IMG/VR virus record: IMGVR_UViG_3300027563_000002
Location: 1-64,000 of that record
Source of the DNA: a virus
Lineage: Duplodnaviria > Caudoviricetes
Direction: 5' to 3' (one strand)
DNA length: 64,000 nt
The notes under the pieces: model-generated
The model's input: only the letters and a program-made list of their open reading frames with translations
What the model was told of the DNA's origin: nothing
The model's database searches: none
Shown: positions 16,506 to 25,764 of the stretch, piece by piece
How positions within the stretch are numbered: position 1 is the first letter of the stretch
Layout of the letters: every line of letters starts with the position of its first letter
Position numbers and translations under genes: made by a program

Positions 16506-16518
16506 TCTTATTTACCCT

Positions 16519-16992
16519 TTATTCACTGCTGGGCTCCTCGGCCACACGCCATCCCAGGATGGCCAAATCTGCGGCAATTTGGTCGGTAACATTGCCTTCA
16601 CCAACAAAGTTGCTGTCAGTCTTGTCGCCAATGCCTGAACAGTACCAGTTCATGTAGTCTTCGCCCACGTCTCTCAAATCAGCTACAAGCCCGCCAGCGT
16701 AACGCCAACTGCATGACCAGTAGGCATCTTTTAACACAAGCCAAACATCTTGTTTTTGGAAACTGTTGTTGCACAAGGCAGCATACAAGTTTTGTGCATA
16801 GTCATCACTGCCGCGCACTAGGCTCACAAACCAGTCGGCCTGGTTCATGTCATATTCCATGTTGTTGATTTTGAATTCATCAGACTGCTTACGCTCAGCC
16901 TCCATCTGGGCCCATTGGCCACGAAGGTCATCAAAGAAGTCGTCGTCTGTGCCTTCACTCTCATGCTGTGGTTCTATGGTGATGTTGCTCAT
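16519..16992 (-). CDS. hypothetical phage protein
   Basis: YAQNLYAALCN, WSCSWRYAGG; AAGGA SD. Confidence 0.75.
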   Translation of the reverse strand: MSNITIEPQHESEGTDDDFFDDLRGQWAQMEAERKQSDEFKINNMEYDMNQADWFVSLVRGSDDYAQNLYAALCNNSFQKQDVWLVLKDAYWSCSWRYAGGLVADLRDVGEDYMNWYCSGIGDKTDSNFVGEGNVTDQIAADLAILGWRVAEEPSSE

Positions 16993-17023
16993 GTCAGTTC
17001 CTTTGGTACTTATTGGTACTTAT

Positions 17024-17107
17024 TGGTACGAGTAACCGGAGTCGAACCGGTACGCCAATGGCGGCAGATTTTAAGTCTGCTGGGTCTACCTGTTCCCCCA
17101 TACTCGT
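17024..17107 (-). tRNA. tRNA-Leu(TAA)
   Basis: CT-TAA-AA, variable arm. Confidence 0.9.
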
Positions 17108-17121
17108 ATGCTGTTATTTAC

Positions 17122-17196
17122 TGGTCCGGCGTAGAGGAATCGAACCTCTATAATGACTTTAGAAGAATCATGTCCTATCCGTTGAACGAACGCCAG
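17122..17196 (-). tRNA. tRNA-Arg(TCT)
   Basis: CT-TCT-AA. Confidence 0.88.
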
Positions 17197-17202
17197 ATTG
17201 TT

Positions 17203-17279
17203 TGGTGGGCCGTCGGTGATTCGAACACCGCACCAAAGGATTATGAGTCCTCTGCTCTAACCGAATGAGCTAACGGCCC
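17203..17279 (-). tRNA. tRNA-Ile2(CAT, lysidine type)
   Basis: GGGCC...TAGCTCA..GGTTAGAGCA..GACTCATAATC resembles bacterial ileX. Confidence 0.8.
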
Positions 17280-17303
17280 TACATGTGTATTGTAACAGGA
17301 ATT

Positions 17304-17684
17304 TTATTTATAGTCAACAGTGCCGTCTGCCAGGTGGTCCTGTTTGATTTCTTTCACAGCATGTCCCAAAATGGATGCTACAGAATTTTTGTAGGCAATG
17401 CGTTGATTGTTGAAATCTCTGATGGCAATGGCTCGTCGCCCAATCTCCTGGAGACTCAACATTTGTTCTACACCGCTTTTGAGTTGCCATTCCAGGTCCC
17501 AAATGGCATGGTGAATATCAGTCATGGCCTGAATCACTTGATCCAATTCTGAGCTTTGGGACAGTTGTTGATACTTGTCCTCGTACCAATCAAGTTCAAC
17601 TTGATTTGCACCTTGGGTCCTGGCGTGTTTTACTCTGGCAATGCAGAGTCTATCGATCAGTTCTAATACTGGTAAGAATTCCAT
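17304..17684 (-). CDS. hypothetical helical protein
   Basis: ELIDRLCI..., WDLE; TTGACA-17-TATAAT at 17714-17742. Confidence 0.7.
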   Translation of the reverse strand: MEFLPVLELIDRLCIARVKHARTQGANQVELDWYEDKYQQLSQSSELDQVIQAMTDIHHAIWDLEWQLKSGVEQMLSLQEIGRRAIAIRDFNNQRIAYKNSVASILGHAVKEIKQDHLADGTVDYK

Positions 17685-17753
17685 AAGGGGCCTTTCTTGT
17701 GTTATGGATTCTAATTATATAATATTGCGAAGTGTTTGTCAACACTTGCTAGA

Positions 17754-17891
17754 TCAAGTCAACAGTTGGTTGATGGTGTGTATGGCCAGTTGAACCAAAT
17801 CTGGATCAACACCCATTCTGTGTGCTATTTCTGCGGTGCTGAGATTGCGGTCCAGCAGTTCTCGTACTTGGTTGATGATTTCTCGCTTCAT
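17754..17891 (-). CDS. small HTH-like protein (not in ORF track)
   Basis: MKREIINQVRELLDRNLSTAEIAHRMGVDPDLVQ. Confidence 0.5.
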   Translation of the reverse strand: MKREIINQVRELLDRNLSTAEIAHRMGVDPDLVQLAIHTINQLLT

Positions 17892-17905
17892 GTATATATA
17901 ACGCT

Positions 17906-19882
17906 TTAGCCCGTGATCTCAGCTAGAGCAATTTGCTCTAAAGGACGTGACCACGTGCCAGTTCCAGCATACACATGATGGAAATTGGTGGGTTGATTGT
18001 TGTAAGGATCAGCTTCTAATCTGGAGTCAAAGTTGGCAGTCCAGGCACCGGCAGCGTCAATTTCAAAACTGTATGTGCCCCAGAATCTGTGTTCACCGCC
18101 GCGTGGGTAACGTGAATATCCAAACTCTTTTAGATCTCTTTCGGGTTCAAATTCCACACGGAACTTGTATGCACCCATGGCCAACCAAAAAACACGCAAC
18201 AACGGCCAAGGCTCGTTGATCAATGTGTTGGCAACAACACCAACATCTTCTTTTATAATTTCATAATCAAAATCTTTTTCCCATGGAATTGTTTCTGCCC
18301 AGTTGGCAGGATCGTACTCAATTGAATATTGATTCTTTAAATCAGGGTACTGGTGATGTTGAGTATATGTGCGCACAGTGTTGTGCAATCTAAACTGTTC
18401 TAACAATATGTTGGTAAATTTGAATCTCATGAATCTGTGAAAAACAGTGTTGCGCATGTCCTGTGTGGCCCAACCCCAACTCCATTGTTGTGCAGCGACC
18501 CCAAATCGCTCACGTTCTAAATCCAATGGGGTGTTGTGTCCTAGACCGCAAGTGCCAGAACTTTGTGCGCCCATGCCCGAGTTGCGCAGGCGCCACATCA
18601 AGGTCATGGTCTGTGCAACATCAGTGAGTTCTTCTCCAGGGAATCCTGTAAACCAAGTGGCAAATTGATTGCACATATTAATTTTTGCAAGGTCATAAAA
18701 ATTTTGTTCAATCCATTCCACCCGGCAATTCTTCTTCATCAGGTCCAGCACTTTTTGCGAACCTGATTCCACACCGAATGCAAATCCTGACGCACCACTC
18801 TTTTTTAACAGTGCCCAAAAGTCACGATCCATCTTGCCGTCCACACGACAGTATCCTCCCCAATTTACACGGATTTCTCTTTCAATTAAGCCTTCTGCAA
18901 ATGCTCGCAATTCTTTCAAGTTGCCGTTGAGCAAGCTGTCAATAAATTGCACACTGCGTATGCCTTGTTGACGATACACAATTTCAATTTCTTCTAGCAC
19001 TCGATGATTTTGTCTGGCTCGAAATTTCCAAAACACAGTTTCATTGCAGTACACACAGTTGGCAATACACCCGCGGCTGAACTCGCTGGTAATGCCTTGA
19101 TTGTCATATAGTCGGACATCAAGATCAGAGTAATCAGCTGGTGGCATTGAATCCAAGTCCACACGTTGATCTTTACTCTGTGTCAAGATGTGTGGCAGTT
19201 GTTCAGTGGGGTTTTCTAAGTTTTCCAATATCTTCACAAACAATAATTCGCCTTCGCCACTGACAATATGGTCAGCAACCGACGTATCAGTGATTTTCAT
19301 TTGTGTGGCATTGGCACCACCAAATATAATTATAACCCCAGGTATGCGTTTTCGAAATTCTTGAGCCATCCATACGGTGCATGAATCATTGGTATACCAA
19401 GTACCAAATCCAATCACTGTGGGAGCCCACTCGCATACCTGTTGCATGTACTTGAGCAAGGTTGGTTCAATCAAGGGATGAACATGCTGGCTGTAGTGAG
19501 GATTTTGCCATTTCCAGTCTTCGTATGCTGACCAATATTGTCTACAGTTGGCTTCGTGCATGGCCATGATATTGATATCCCAGGTTCGTGTGGCAAACCC
19601 GCTGGCACGACTGAGTGCAGTCATTCTAGCAATACCGTAAGGAGGAGATGTAGGAGTCCATTCGGGTGCAACGATCAGGGCCACACGATTTTTTCTGGTG
19701 ATGTCGTAGGTGGTATGGACTTCAGTTAGATTTTTTTGTTTACGAACTTCAGGTGGCGGTGCCGGCGGGGCTGTCACAAACATTTCGGACAGTTTCACGT
19801 GCGGATCGTGGTCATTCACGACCGGTCTTACGTCAGGTGCTTGTGTGGTTTGTATGGGTATTACTCGGCGTGGTTGATCCAT
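17906..19882 (-). CDS. B12-binding radical SAM enzyme
   Basis: PPYG, FGGANAT, GEGE, SRGCIANCVYC, GVESGSQKVLDLMKK, GFPGE. Confidence 0.9.
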   Translation of the reverse strand: MDQPRRVIPIQTTQAPDVRPVVNDHDPHVKLSEMFVTAPPAPPPEVRKQKNLTEVHTTYDITRKNRVALIVAPEWTPTSPPYGIARMTALSRASGFATRTWDINIMAMHEANCRQYWSAYEDWKWQNPHYSQHVHPLIEPTLLKYMQQVCEWAPTVIGFGTWYTNDSCTVWMAQEFRKRIPGVIIIFGGANATQMKITDTSVADHIVSGEGELLFVKILENLENPTEQLPHILTQSKDQRVDLDSMPPADYSDLDVRLYDNQGITSEFSRGCIANCVYCNETVFWKFRARQNHRVLEEIEIVYRQQGIRSVQFIDSLLNGNLKELRAFAEGLIEREIRVNWGGYCRVDGKMDRDFWALLKKSGASGFAFGVESGSQKVLDLMKKNCRVEWIEQNFYDLAKINMCNQFATWFTGFPGEELTDVAQTMTLMWRLRNSGMGAQSSGTCGLGHNTPLDLERERFGVAAQQWSWGWATQDMRNTVFHRFMRFKFTNILLEQFRLHNTVRTYTQHHQYPDLKNQYSIEYDPANWAETIPWEKDFDYEIIKEDVGVVANTLINEPWPLLRVFWLAMGAYKFRVEFEPERDLKEFGYSRYPRGGEHRFWGTYSFEIDAAGAWTANFDSRLEADPYNNQPTNFHHVYAGTGTWSRPLEQIALAEITG

Positions 19883-19898
19883 GCAAGTACTTATCGCC

Positions 19899-20150
19899 TT
19901 AACTGAACAACGCCCATGTCCATGCCTGCACAAAAATCCAGGCTGAGGCCAGGCACATGGAGCCTATCACAGCGTCTATCACAGTGCCTGACAGATCAAA
20001 CGGTGCCACTTTGGGCTTGCTGACGGGACGGACCACAGCCGCACCCAGGTGTAGGTCAGTTTGTGCCAGTACATTCAACGGACGAAACTCTGCTATCATC
20101 TCGTCGGTTAGATCCGGCATGTCAAAATCATCGTTAGGCACAGTGGCCAC
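19899..20150 (-). CDS. hypothetical protein with C-terminal TM
   Basis: coupled small ORF. Confidence 0.5.
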   Translation of the reverse strand: MATVPNDDFDMPDLTDEMIAEFRPLNVLAQTDLHLGAAVVRPVSKPKVAPFDLSGTVIDAVIGSMCLASAWIFVQAWTWALFS

Positions 20151-20371
20151 TATTCGAGTCCCAGTGTAGCAGGGGCATGATCCAGCCTGTCGCCTGATTT
20201 ATCTTCATAAAAGAACGCATCAGGATCAGTTATTGTCACACTAAGATCACTGTGCATCAAATCATAGTCCTGAAAATTGTGATCAGCATCGTACACACGG
20301 AAGTAATAGGTTCCGTCATGGCCGCGTATCAAACATCCTTGAATTCCATTTGCACTTTTTGTCATACTCAT
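20150..20371 (-). CDS. hypothetical protein
   Basis: coupled small ORF. Confidence 0.65.
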   Translation of the reverse strand: MSMTKSANGIQGCLIRGHDGTYYFRVYDADHNFQDYDLMHSDLSVTITDPDAFFYEDKSGDRLDHAPATLGLE

Positions 20372-20374
20372 TAT

Positions 20375-20806
20375 TTATTCCCAAGTTCGGTGACGTTCGG
20401 CCACCCATTCGCGGCCATCATACTCCTCGATGTACCAGTTGACATCATCAGGGATTTCAACAATCTTTAGGTCTGCGTGACGTCCGTTGGCACCGGTACC
20501 CAGTTGTTCAACCACTTGAACCAGGTACGGATCATCACGAGCCACATCGCGATCATAGAACACGGTCTCACTGTACGCGGCATTGTGTGCTTGACGTTCT
20601 GCCAAGGTCATGTCATGCCAGTTGTCAGGAGTGCCTTCTATGCGCAGTTCTGGTGGTACCAGGTAGTAAGTGAACGGAATCAAGCCGCTGTACTTTTTGT
20701 CGGCCTCGGCCCAGACCTGTTGGCCACTCTGTTCAAGATATGCCAGCACAGCCTTGTGACTGAGTCCGAAGCCACCGTGGCAAACATTGATCACAATTTT
20801 AGTCAT
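20375..20806 (-). CDS. conserved phage hypothetical protein
   Basis: KIVIN.C.GGFGLS, RDDP.LV.VVE.LG, EEYDG.E motifs. Confidence 0.8.
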   Translation of the reverse strand: MTKIVINVCHGGFGLSHKAVLAYLEQSGQQVWAEADKKYSGLIPFTYYLVPPELRIEGTPDNWHDMTLAERQAHNAAYSETVFYDRDVARDDPYLVQVVEQLGTGANGRHADLKIVEIPDDVNWYIEEYDGREWVAERHRTWE

Positions 20807-21201
20807 AGTTCATCCTCATACCAGTCAACAGCATCAGTTTCAATTACGACATGTCCAAACTGGAGTTGTCCGCCTTGTGAGCCAGTTGCAAACGGTTCTG
20901 CAAACTCTTGAATAGCACCCAAGTCCAAGAATTGATCAAAATTGTCAACGTACTTTATATCGTCCAATCGAATACAACCAATACTTCCTGCGTCTACACT
21001 GTATGCATGGCCGTGTTGATCATGATAGGTGCCGTCACCGTAGGCAGTGCTGTAGATGGCAAACCTGCGGCCATCGGGCAGTTCAAATTCGCCGTCAAGA
21101 ATGCGGGGCTCTTTTATGATGATGTTGCAAATTTCACGCCACTCTTCATCGGCCATGACATAGCACAAGTCGCCAATGTAGTACTTTCCTGCGGGCATCA
21201 T
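20803..21201 (-). CDS. conserved phage hypothetical protein
   Basis: GKYYIGDLCYV, TAYGDG, VDAGSIG. Confidence 0.8.
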   Translation of the reverse strand: MMPAGKYYIGDLCYVMADEEWREICNIIIKEPRILDGEFELPDGRRFAIYSTAYGDGTYHDQHGHAYSVDAGSIGCIRLDDIKYVDNFDQFLDLGAIQEFAEPFATGSQGGQLQFGHVVIETDAVDWYEDEL

Positions 21202-21202
21202 G

Positions 21203-21376
21203 TTAGTATGTTTCCTTTATGATGTCAAACTGTTCGGCAGGCCATTGGGCCTTGAACTCGTCGGTTTTGACGTAGGCGTTGTAGTCCGTGGCATTGAAAA
21301 ACACCTTGCGAAATACAGCCGTGTGCTTGCCCTTCTCAGTGATTGTGAGATAGACTGATTTTGCTTTGCCTGCCAT
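21203..21376 (-). CDS. 57-aa hypothetical protein (not in ORF track)
   Basis: MAGKAKSVYLTITEKG...IIKETY*; fills the gap exactly. Confidence 0.65.
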   Translation of the reverse strand: MAGKAKSVYLTITEKGKHTAVFRKVFFNATDYNAYVKTDEFKAQWPAEQFDIIKETY

Positions 21377-21588
21377 TATGCTGTCTCCCGATCAAATTCA
21401 CAACCTACTTCGGCCCACAGGGTGGGGTTCATCATGTCCATGTGATATGCACAAATTTCTTCAGCATCCTCAATGGTGGCACATCGGTCTATAGTGGTAC
21501 CAACTCGCGCACCTTCCGCAGTGGTGTCCCAACGAACCACGTCCCAACGATGCATTTTGTCATGCCATTCAACTGTGAACTTCATCAT
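21376..21588 (-). CDS. hypothetical protein
   Basis: coupled ORF. Confidence 0.6.
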   Translation of the reverse strand: MMKFTVEWHDKMHRWDVVRWDTTAEGARVGTTIDRCATIEDAEEICAYHMDMMNPTLWAEVGCEFDRETA

Positions 21589-21977
21589 GCTGCCTTTCTA
21601 AAATAACCGTAGGGCAAGCCCTGGGTGAAAGCGAAATACTCAAAGTCGCCATTGGCATGTTCAGCGTCCATGAGCCATGCAACCACACGCTCACGGTCAG
21701 CGCCGGTGTGCATGAGACTGGTCACACGGTCTTCGAACTTGACAACGGCTTCAGCTTCAGCTGTCTTGCGGTCAGCCTCTTCACGCTGGATAACACTGCC
21801 CAGGCTGGCAAACTCTTGTTCGAAGTCTGCAAAGGTCCAGCTGGAGGTGTCAACACCGCGGGGACGATGGCCATAAGCGTCCTTGTACATGTCCCAATAA
21901 GTGCATTGGGCTTGCTCAAGATCTGTCATGTCTTCCCAAGATTTCAACTGTTCCATTTGCGACTCCTTTGTGTTCAT
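21585..21977 (-). CDS. hypothetical phage early protein
   Basis: YWDMYKDAYGHRPRG; TTGACA-17-TATAAT at 21984-22012. Confidence 0.75.
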   Translation of the reverse strand: MNTKESQMEQLKSWEDMTDLEQAQCTYWDMYKDAYGHRPRGVDTSSWTFADFEQEFASLGSVIQREEADRKTAEAEAVVKFEDRVTSLMHTGADRERVVAWLMDAEHANGDFEYFAFTQGLPYGYFRKAA

Positions 21978-22015
21978 GTGTGTATTATATGCTCTTTTGG
22001 ATAACCTGTCAACTG

Positions 22016-22192
22016 TTAGGATTGTTTGTTGTTTTGCAATACCACAGCGATCTCTTCTAGAAATTCTGCGTACAGCACCTTTTCGCTTGCTGTCAATCGG
22101 TCAAACTGTTCTGTCAACACCTGCATGGTACGTACAACACCTGGTGATCCAAAATTTTCATTGTAATCTGCAATAAACTGTAATGCATTCAT
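22016..22192 (-). CDS. 58-aa hypothetical protein (not in ORF track)
   Basis: follows promoter 22223-22251 and AAGGA SD. Confidence 0.55.
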   Translation of the reverse strand: MNALQFIADYNENFGSPGVVRTMQVLTEQFDRLTASEKVLYAEFLEEIAVVLQNNKQS

Positions 22193-22199
22193 TTTTATA

Positions 22200-22228
22200 T
22201 CCTTTTTGCTTTGTATGCCATTATTATA
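22200..22228. repeat. 29-bp exact repeat of 197-225 (-10 box, leader and SD)
   Basis: TCCTTTTTGCTTTGTATGCCATTATTATA at both loci. Confidence 0.9.
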
Positions 22229-22240
22229 ACATTTTGGGAA

Positions 22241-22573
22241 TTATTGGGCAACCGATTTTACACGCACATCAGTGTTGAGTGCAGGTGTGTACTTTTGTAT
22301 TAACTCGCGCTCGAGTCGGTGTGCAACATCTTTGCCACGCACCGTGTCCACCACGGCGTAGTTTACAGCGGCTTCGCCTGCGGTGCGAATTGCTTCGTAC
22401 AGGTTCCAGCTCTTGTCTTCTGTGCGAGCACGGTAGATGTGCTTGTTCACACGGCTACGAAGGCTCATGTTTATGGTGCGCTGAGTTTTAGCGGTAATAC
22501 CAATGTAGTACTCCAATCCGATTTGGATTGTGTACACAATGTGGGTTCGATCAACACGTTTCTTTCTTGTCAT
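22241..22573 (-). CDS. GIY-YIG-like nuclease
   Basis: HIVY...YYIGIT, R...H, ERELI...LN; promoter at 22580-22608. Confidence 0.7.
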   Translation of the reverse strand: MTRKKRVDRTHIVYTIQIGLEYYIGITAKTQRTINMSLRSRVNKHIYRARTEDKSWNLYEAIRTAGEAAVNYAVVDTVRGKDVAHRLERELIQKYTPALNTDVRVKSVAQ

Positions 22574-22683
22574 GTGTGTATTATAGCATTTCGGGCATTT
22601 CGAGTCAACCAAAATGTACTACTACAAAAGTATTACCTTTTGATTTTTGCACTCGGTAACACTTGAGTACTATAAGTATTTGC

Positions 22684-23763
22684 ATGCCTGACTTGTATCA
22701 CAACATATACGAAAACGAAATATTTGTCAAGAGCCGTTGTATTTGGCACGAAAACACCTTGATGGATTTTTTCCGCGGTCAACTGATTGCCTTGGGCTAC
22801 ACTGCCGAGGACCACAGCAACAAGGTATGGCAGCGCGGCGATCAAACTGTGGTGGTTTGTTTGGTAGATGATTTTACCACCTGCAATACCAACTATGATC
22901 TCAAACTGCCTTACATGTTTGATCGCAACACTGTGATCATAACAGACACCTGGTGCAGCGCACCCACTCAATATCAAGTGGCTCGATTGCCTGACAGTTT
23001 CTTTGGCATCTATACACATGTTCCCGAACGTCTGACCTGGCAACCTGACCGCAGATTCAACTTTGCAGTGAATCGATTAGACCAAAAACGTATGTTAATG
23101 TTTTTGGAACTGCAGATGAGAACTGATCAATGTTTTTGCTCAGAATCCACACAATTTCCCTACGCCGTGGACTATGTCAATTTCAACTGCTGGTCCTGGG
23201 ATGGTGACAATGCCAGCGATACAGGCCTGCGTGATAATTTTCAACGTCAGTACCAACAGCTGGAATCTCAGTATCATGAAGTTTATGATCACACCTACAA
23301 CATGCTACTGGATGCGGTGCCTTATCGTAACCATGATTTGGATCAACCCACTGTGCATCAGTCAGCCTGGATGAACATTGTGATGGAAACCTACAGCAGT
23401 GACAACACTGTGGCCCTGAGTGAAAAAACATTTAGAGCCTTGTGTTTGCCTGTGCCTTGGCAGTTGTATTCGGGACGTCACACTGTGGCTCGGTTAGCTA
23501 GTTTGGGATTTGATACACTGGCAGATTTAGTCACGCACAAATACGACAGCATGATTGAGAATCGCACCGCAGCTTATGGTGACAAAATGGTAGACTTTTT
23601 GTTCGAAGCCGTAGAAAATACACAACAGTTCCAACAAAAAGATATCACTGATCGTTGTGCTCAAGCCGCCGATAACAACATCGCACTGTTGCGATCCATG
23701 CAGCAGCAATGGCCTGCAGACTTTGCTGCCTGGTGGCCTGGTGTACTAGAAAAAATAAAATAA
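22684..23763 (+). CDS. ET...SEKT family putative glycosyltransferase-like protein
   Basis: NIVMET, LSEKTFR, LGFD. Confidence 0.55.
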   Translation: MPDLYHNIYENEIFVKSRCIWHENTLMDFFRGQLIALGYTAEDHSNKVWQRGDQTVVVCLVDDFTTCNTNYDLKLPYMFDRNTVIITDTWCSAPTQYQVARLPDSFFGIYTHVPERLTWQPDRRFNFAVNRLDQKRMLMFLELQMRTDQCFCSESTQFPYAVDYVNFNCWSWDGDNASDTGLRDNFQRQYQQLESQYHEVYDHTYNMLLDAVPYRNHDLDQPTVHQSAWMNIVMETYSSDNTVALSEKTFRALCLPVPWQLYSGRHTVARLASLGFDTLADLVTHKYDSMIENRTAAYGDKMVDFLFEAVENTQQFQQKDITDRCAQAADNNIALLRSMQQQWPADFAAWWPGVLEKIK

Positions 23764-25241
23764 TGTGCGGAATATTGTATGTGCAAAGCCGCACAGCCAA
23801 GCCGTTGCCCCAACATCTTGCGGCCGTGAAAGTACTGCAAAGTCGCGGCCCAGACTTTGTGCGTTATCAACACAGTGATCGAGTTTTCATGGCACAAACG
23901 GTGTTGCACATCACAGGCTCGGCAGATTTTTACAATGAAAAAAAGCCGGACTTCTTTGCCTACAATGGAGAAATCTACAATCATCGCTGGCACGGACACT
24001 ACAGCAATGATACGGAACTGGCCTATCAAGCAGCCCGGAGCAATCGCAACAAGTTTCAATACTTTGAAGGACCTTGGGCTTGGGTGTACTGGGACGGTGA
24101 TTGTGTGACCTATGCGTCAGACCCGCAGGGCGAACACTATCTGTATCGTTACCAAGACGACGACATTGTGATTGTATGTTCGGAAGTTGCGCCCATATTG
24201 ACCTATGTCAGCACAAATAAAGTACAGGTACCATATGTCAACAAGAGTTGGACCATGCAAACTCAAACGCCCTGGCAGGGCATTGAACGGTTGGAACCTG
24301 GAAGACTGTACATTGATCACGTGCCAGACATATCCTTAGACAACATTTGGTCATGGATCAATCCCGATCACCATCGAACACAAGCACAAGTACAGGAAGA
24401 ATTTGATTGGCTGTGGACCAGAGTCATGCAAGAAATGACACCAGAATGTTCAGCAGCCATCAGCTATTCTGGTGGAGTAGATTCAAATTTGATATTGTCT
24501 CAATTACCGCAGGCCGAACTTGTAAGCATAAACATGACCGGCAAAGACCCAGTAGTGGATCGAGTCAAAGAATTTTTACAGCCAGATCAAATTTTAAATT
24601 TAAAATTATTGCCAGTGTCTTTTGAACAATATGCTGAACAATATCATGCACTGTTGGAAAGAACTCAGATGCCTGCTCAGAGTTGGAGTTTTGTGGGCAA
24701 ATGGCTGGTGGCAAAAAACACTGAGTCTAGAGTGTTGTTTACCGGGCTGGCAGCAGATGAATTGTTTGGAGGTTATGGAGTGTATCAACACATTGATTAT
24801 TCCGCAGAACGTAGCTACAGTCCTTACAGCCAAGCTGGAGATCCTGAATTGTGGCAACGCTGTTTGACTGCCTACAATGGCGATGCACGGCAGGCCACCT
24901 TGCTCATGGACTATTGGTACCAAGTGGTTGGATGTGATGCCCCGGGTCAAGATCGAATTGGTGGTGCCTGGGGCAAGGAAACACGCAACCCTTTTATGAA
25001 CAAACGCATAATGCAGTTTGCACTGAATTTGCCCTGGGAATTCAAAGTAAATACAACAACCAAGCCAATATTAAAAAATCAGTTTTTGCGACAGTGGCCA
25101 GATTTGTTGTTGCCCAAACAAGGATTTACTGGACACGCCAATGATGCTTTGCCTTGGTTGAATGTGAAGATTGAGCCCACAGGCGATAGGCATCAAGATT
25201 GGAAACAAATTGCACAAAATACCTTTTATCGAAACAGTTAA
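23763..25241 (+). CDS. asparagine synthetase-like amidotransferase
   Basis: N-terminal MCGIL, RGPD, YNGEIYN, SGGVDS, GLAADELFGGY, RNPF. Confidence 0.9.
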   Translation: MCGILYVQSRTAKPLPQHLAAVKVLQSRGPDFVRYQHSDRVFMAQTVLHITGSADFYNEKKPDFFAYNGEIYNHRWHGHYSNDTELAYQAARSNRNKFQYFEGPWAWVYWDGDCVTYASDPQGEHYLYRYQDDDIVIVCSEVAPILTYVSTNKVQVPYVNKSWTMQTQTPWQGIERLEPGRLYIDHVPDISLDNIWSWINPDHHRTQAQVQEEFDWLWTRVMQEMTPECSAAISYSGGVDSNLILSQLPQAELVSINMTGKDPVVDRVKEFLQPDQILNLKLLPVSFEQYAEQYHALLERTQMPAQSWSFVGKWLVAKNTESRVLFTGLAADELFGGYGVYQHIDYSAERSYSPYSQAGDPELWQRCLTAYNGDARQATLLMDYWYQVVGCDAPGQDRIGGAWGKETRNPFMNKRIMQFALNLPWEFKVNTTTKPILKNQFLRQWPDLLLPKQGFTGHANDALPWLNVKIEPTGDRHQDWKQIAQNTFYRNS

Positions 25242-25764
25242 GTATCAACTGCCCTGGGAACATTGGATAGTAAATGACTTTCTAAGTCAACAGTGCCTGG
25301 ATGAATTAAAAAGTGTACCTGTCAAGACACAACAGCAAGTGCATGGACGACGGGTAGGTTCTGACCGGTTGTTTGTGACAGATCAAACCGCCGAACAGTA
25401 TCCTGCTTTGTATGAGTTGTGGCAATCCCTGCAGCAAGGGCCTGTCAGGGAATATTTTGAATATCACACAAAACAAAATTTTCAAGACATGTTTCCCAGA
25501 GTTGAGGTGTTGAGTGACTGGGGAGATTTTTACTTAGAACCGCATCATGATCATTTGGAAAAGCGCCTCACTGCCATGGTCTACACCAATCACGAACAGC
25601 TTTATCCAGGCACAGAATTAGTCAATGGTTATCGAATTGAAAGTCAAGACAACCGTTGTTTCTTTTTTGTCCCCAGCGTAGAAACTGTACACGGATACCC
25701 TGCCACGTACTTTGAAAAAGTTCGTAGATGTTTGCAAATCAATTATTGGACTTACTCTGTGTAA
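25171..25764 (+). CDS. 2OG-Fe(II) oxygenase
   Basis: HHD...HG...RRCLQ; start uncertain. Confidence 0.7.
   Translation: MSPQAIGIKIGNKLHKIPFIETVKYQLPWEHWIVNDFLSQQCLDELKSVPVKTQQQVHGRRVGSDRLFVTDQTAEQYPALYELWQSLQQGPVREYFEYHTKQNFQDMFPRVEVLSDWGDFYLEPHHDHLEKRLTAMVYTNHEQLYPGTELVNGYRIESQDNRCFFFVPSVETVHGYPATYFEKVRRCLQINYWTYSV

Noticed and set aside
17003-17030. Tandem TTGGTACTTA repeats next to tRNA-Leu(TAA) as an att site
   Set aside because: Only short duplications of the tRNA 3' end with no integrase nearby; likely slippage.
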